A stretch of DNA of 64,000 nucleotides. It comes from the human T2T-CHM13v2.0 reference genome, Homo sapiens. Every line of letters begins with the position of its first letter. The stretch's first letter is position 1. The position numbers were made by a program, and so were the translations under genes. Under the pieces are notes generated by a model. It was not told the origin of the DNA and searched no databases. It was given only the letters and a program-made list of their open reading frames with translations. The DNA is taken from NCBI RefSeq assembly GCF_009914755.1, contig NC_060926.1. One strand, 5' to 3'. This document shows, one piece after another, positions 63,046 to 64,000 of this stretch.

Positions 63046-63240
63046 CAAACTATCATATACTTTCTTCCATCCATCCTTTAAGCGCATAAACTCTCTACGA
63101 ATGGTTTTGAAGGCAGGCAAATCATCTAATCGACATATTTCATCCCAGGATTTCTGAGGAAGCCATGTACAAGGGTTGGCATAAGGATTATCCAGTCCAA
63201 TGCCACCAGTTAGCAGAAATCTCCACTCAGCTTTATTAAT
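63046..63240 (-). CDS. DNAH7: DNAH7 coding exon (probably exon 53), 195 nt, [10 protein letters not shown]...KKVYDSL
   Basis: Acceptor ccaaag|ATT, donor TTG|gtatgt; 65 codons with no stop; phase 0-0. Confidence 0.95.
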
Positions 63241-64000
63241 CTTTGGAAAACAAGGCAGCGTGAAGAGTCAGAAACGAGTTCATCATAAACTAGTAAGCTT
63301 ACAACCATTATAAAAGAGTTGAGTGTTGACTTCCAAGTTTCAGATGTGGTCTCTATGAAATTCTATAGCTAGTGTTATAGCTCAATATTTATTCATAGGA
63401 AACCAGTATACTCATGATAACCAGTTTTCAAAATAGTTCCATTTCAAATAGTTACTTTTTGACAATTTTCCTCCAGAATTACTTGTCTAAATGTGAAAAT
63501 CTGAATATGTTCTATTCGAATACGTGTTTTCCAAAATGACTGCCTAGAGCCCTATTGGCTCTAGAAATTGTAGAAAGGCAGAAACCCATCAATGTGCCAT
63601 GTTTTTGACTATTTTCCATAAAGTATAATGAGTTACTGATACACAACTTTTGCAAGAAATGCAAGAATAAAGTATTTATTTCTTCAGAATTCAACCAATA
63701 CATCACCATATAAAATCCATAAATCTTAAACACGTAAGTGTATAAAATAGTGACTTTACACAGATTTCAGTAATTTGCACAAGTCTTTAAAAACATTTAC
63801 ACTACTACCTGGTGTAAACGTATCAATATTAAGTAAATTTATATGCATAGCTGTATGAAAATCTAACATAATCAATTTATTTTAAAATAAAACATAATTT
63901 AATAGTAACATAATGAAATCTGTGCTTAATTTATATCTCACTTCTGTGAAATTTATCCTCCTGATAACATCTTGCCTTAACTATAATAACAAACAGTATT

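Overview
Primate (most likely human) genomic DNA from inside the axonemal dynein heavy chain gene DNAH7, which lies on the minus strand. I traced 11 coding exons by hand (probably exons 53-63 of 65, numbering from recall). All have canonical AG/GT boundaries and splice into one open frame of 625 codons plus 1 nt, covering the AAA6 region and the C-terminal domain. The introns are dense in repeats: a dead L1PA3-like LINE (1-4345), a full-length L1MA2-like LINE with an intact 15-bp TSD (12786-21174), older L1s, about 20 Alus, L2/MIR, and MaLR and ERV1 LTRs. I found no RNA genes, CRISPR arrays or additional protein-coding gene, and no convincing new biological system. The most unusual signals are DNA-repair and rearrangement scars: a ~415-bp local templated insertion, a ~128-bp near-identical dispersed duplication, an ~870-bp micro-inversion that splits one LTR (its TSDs still match), and several template-switch palindromes. 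Also notable is a run of ten symmetric phase-0 exons, several of them bracketed by inverted Alus. Repeat subfamily names come from recalled consensus motifs and need RepeatMasker confirmation.
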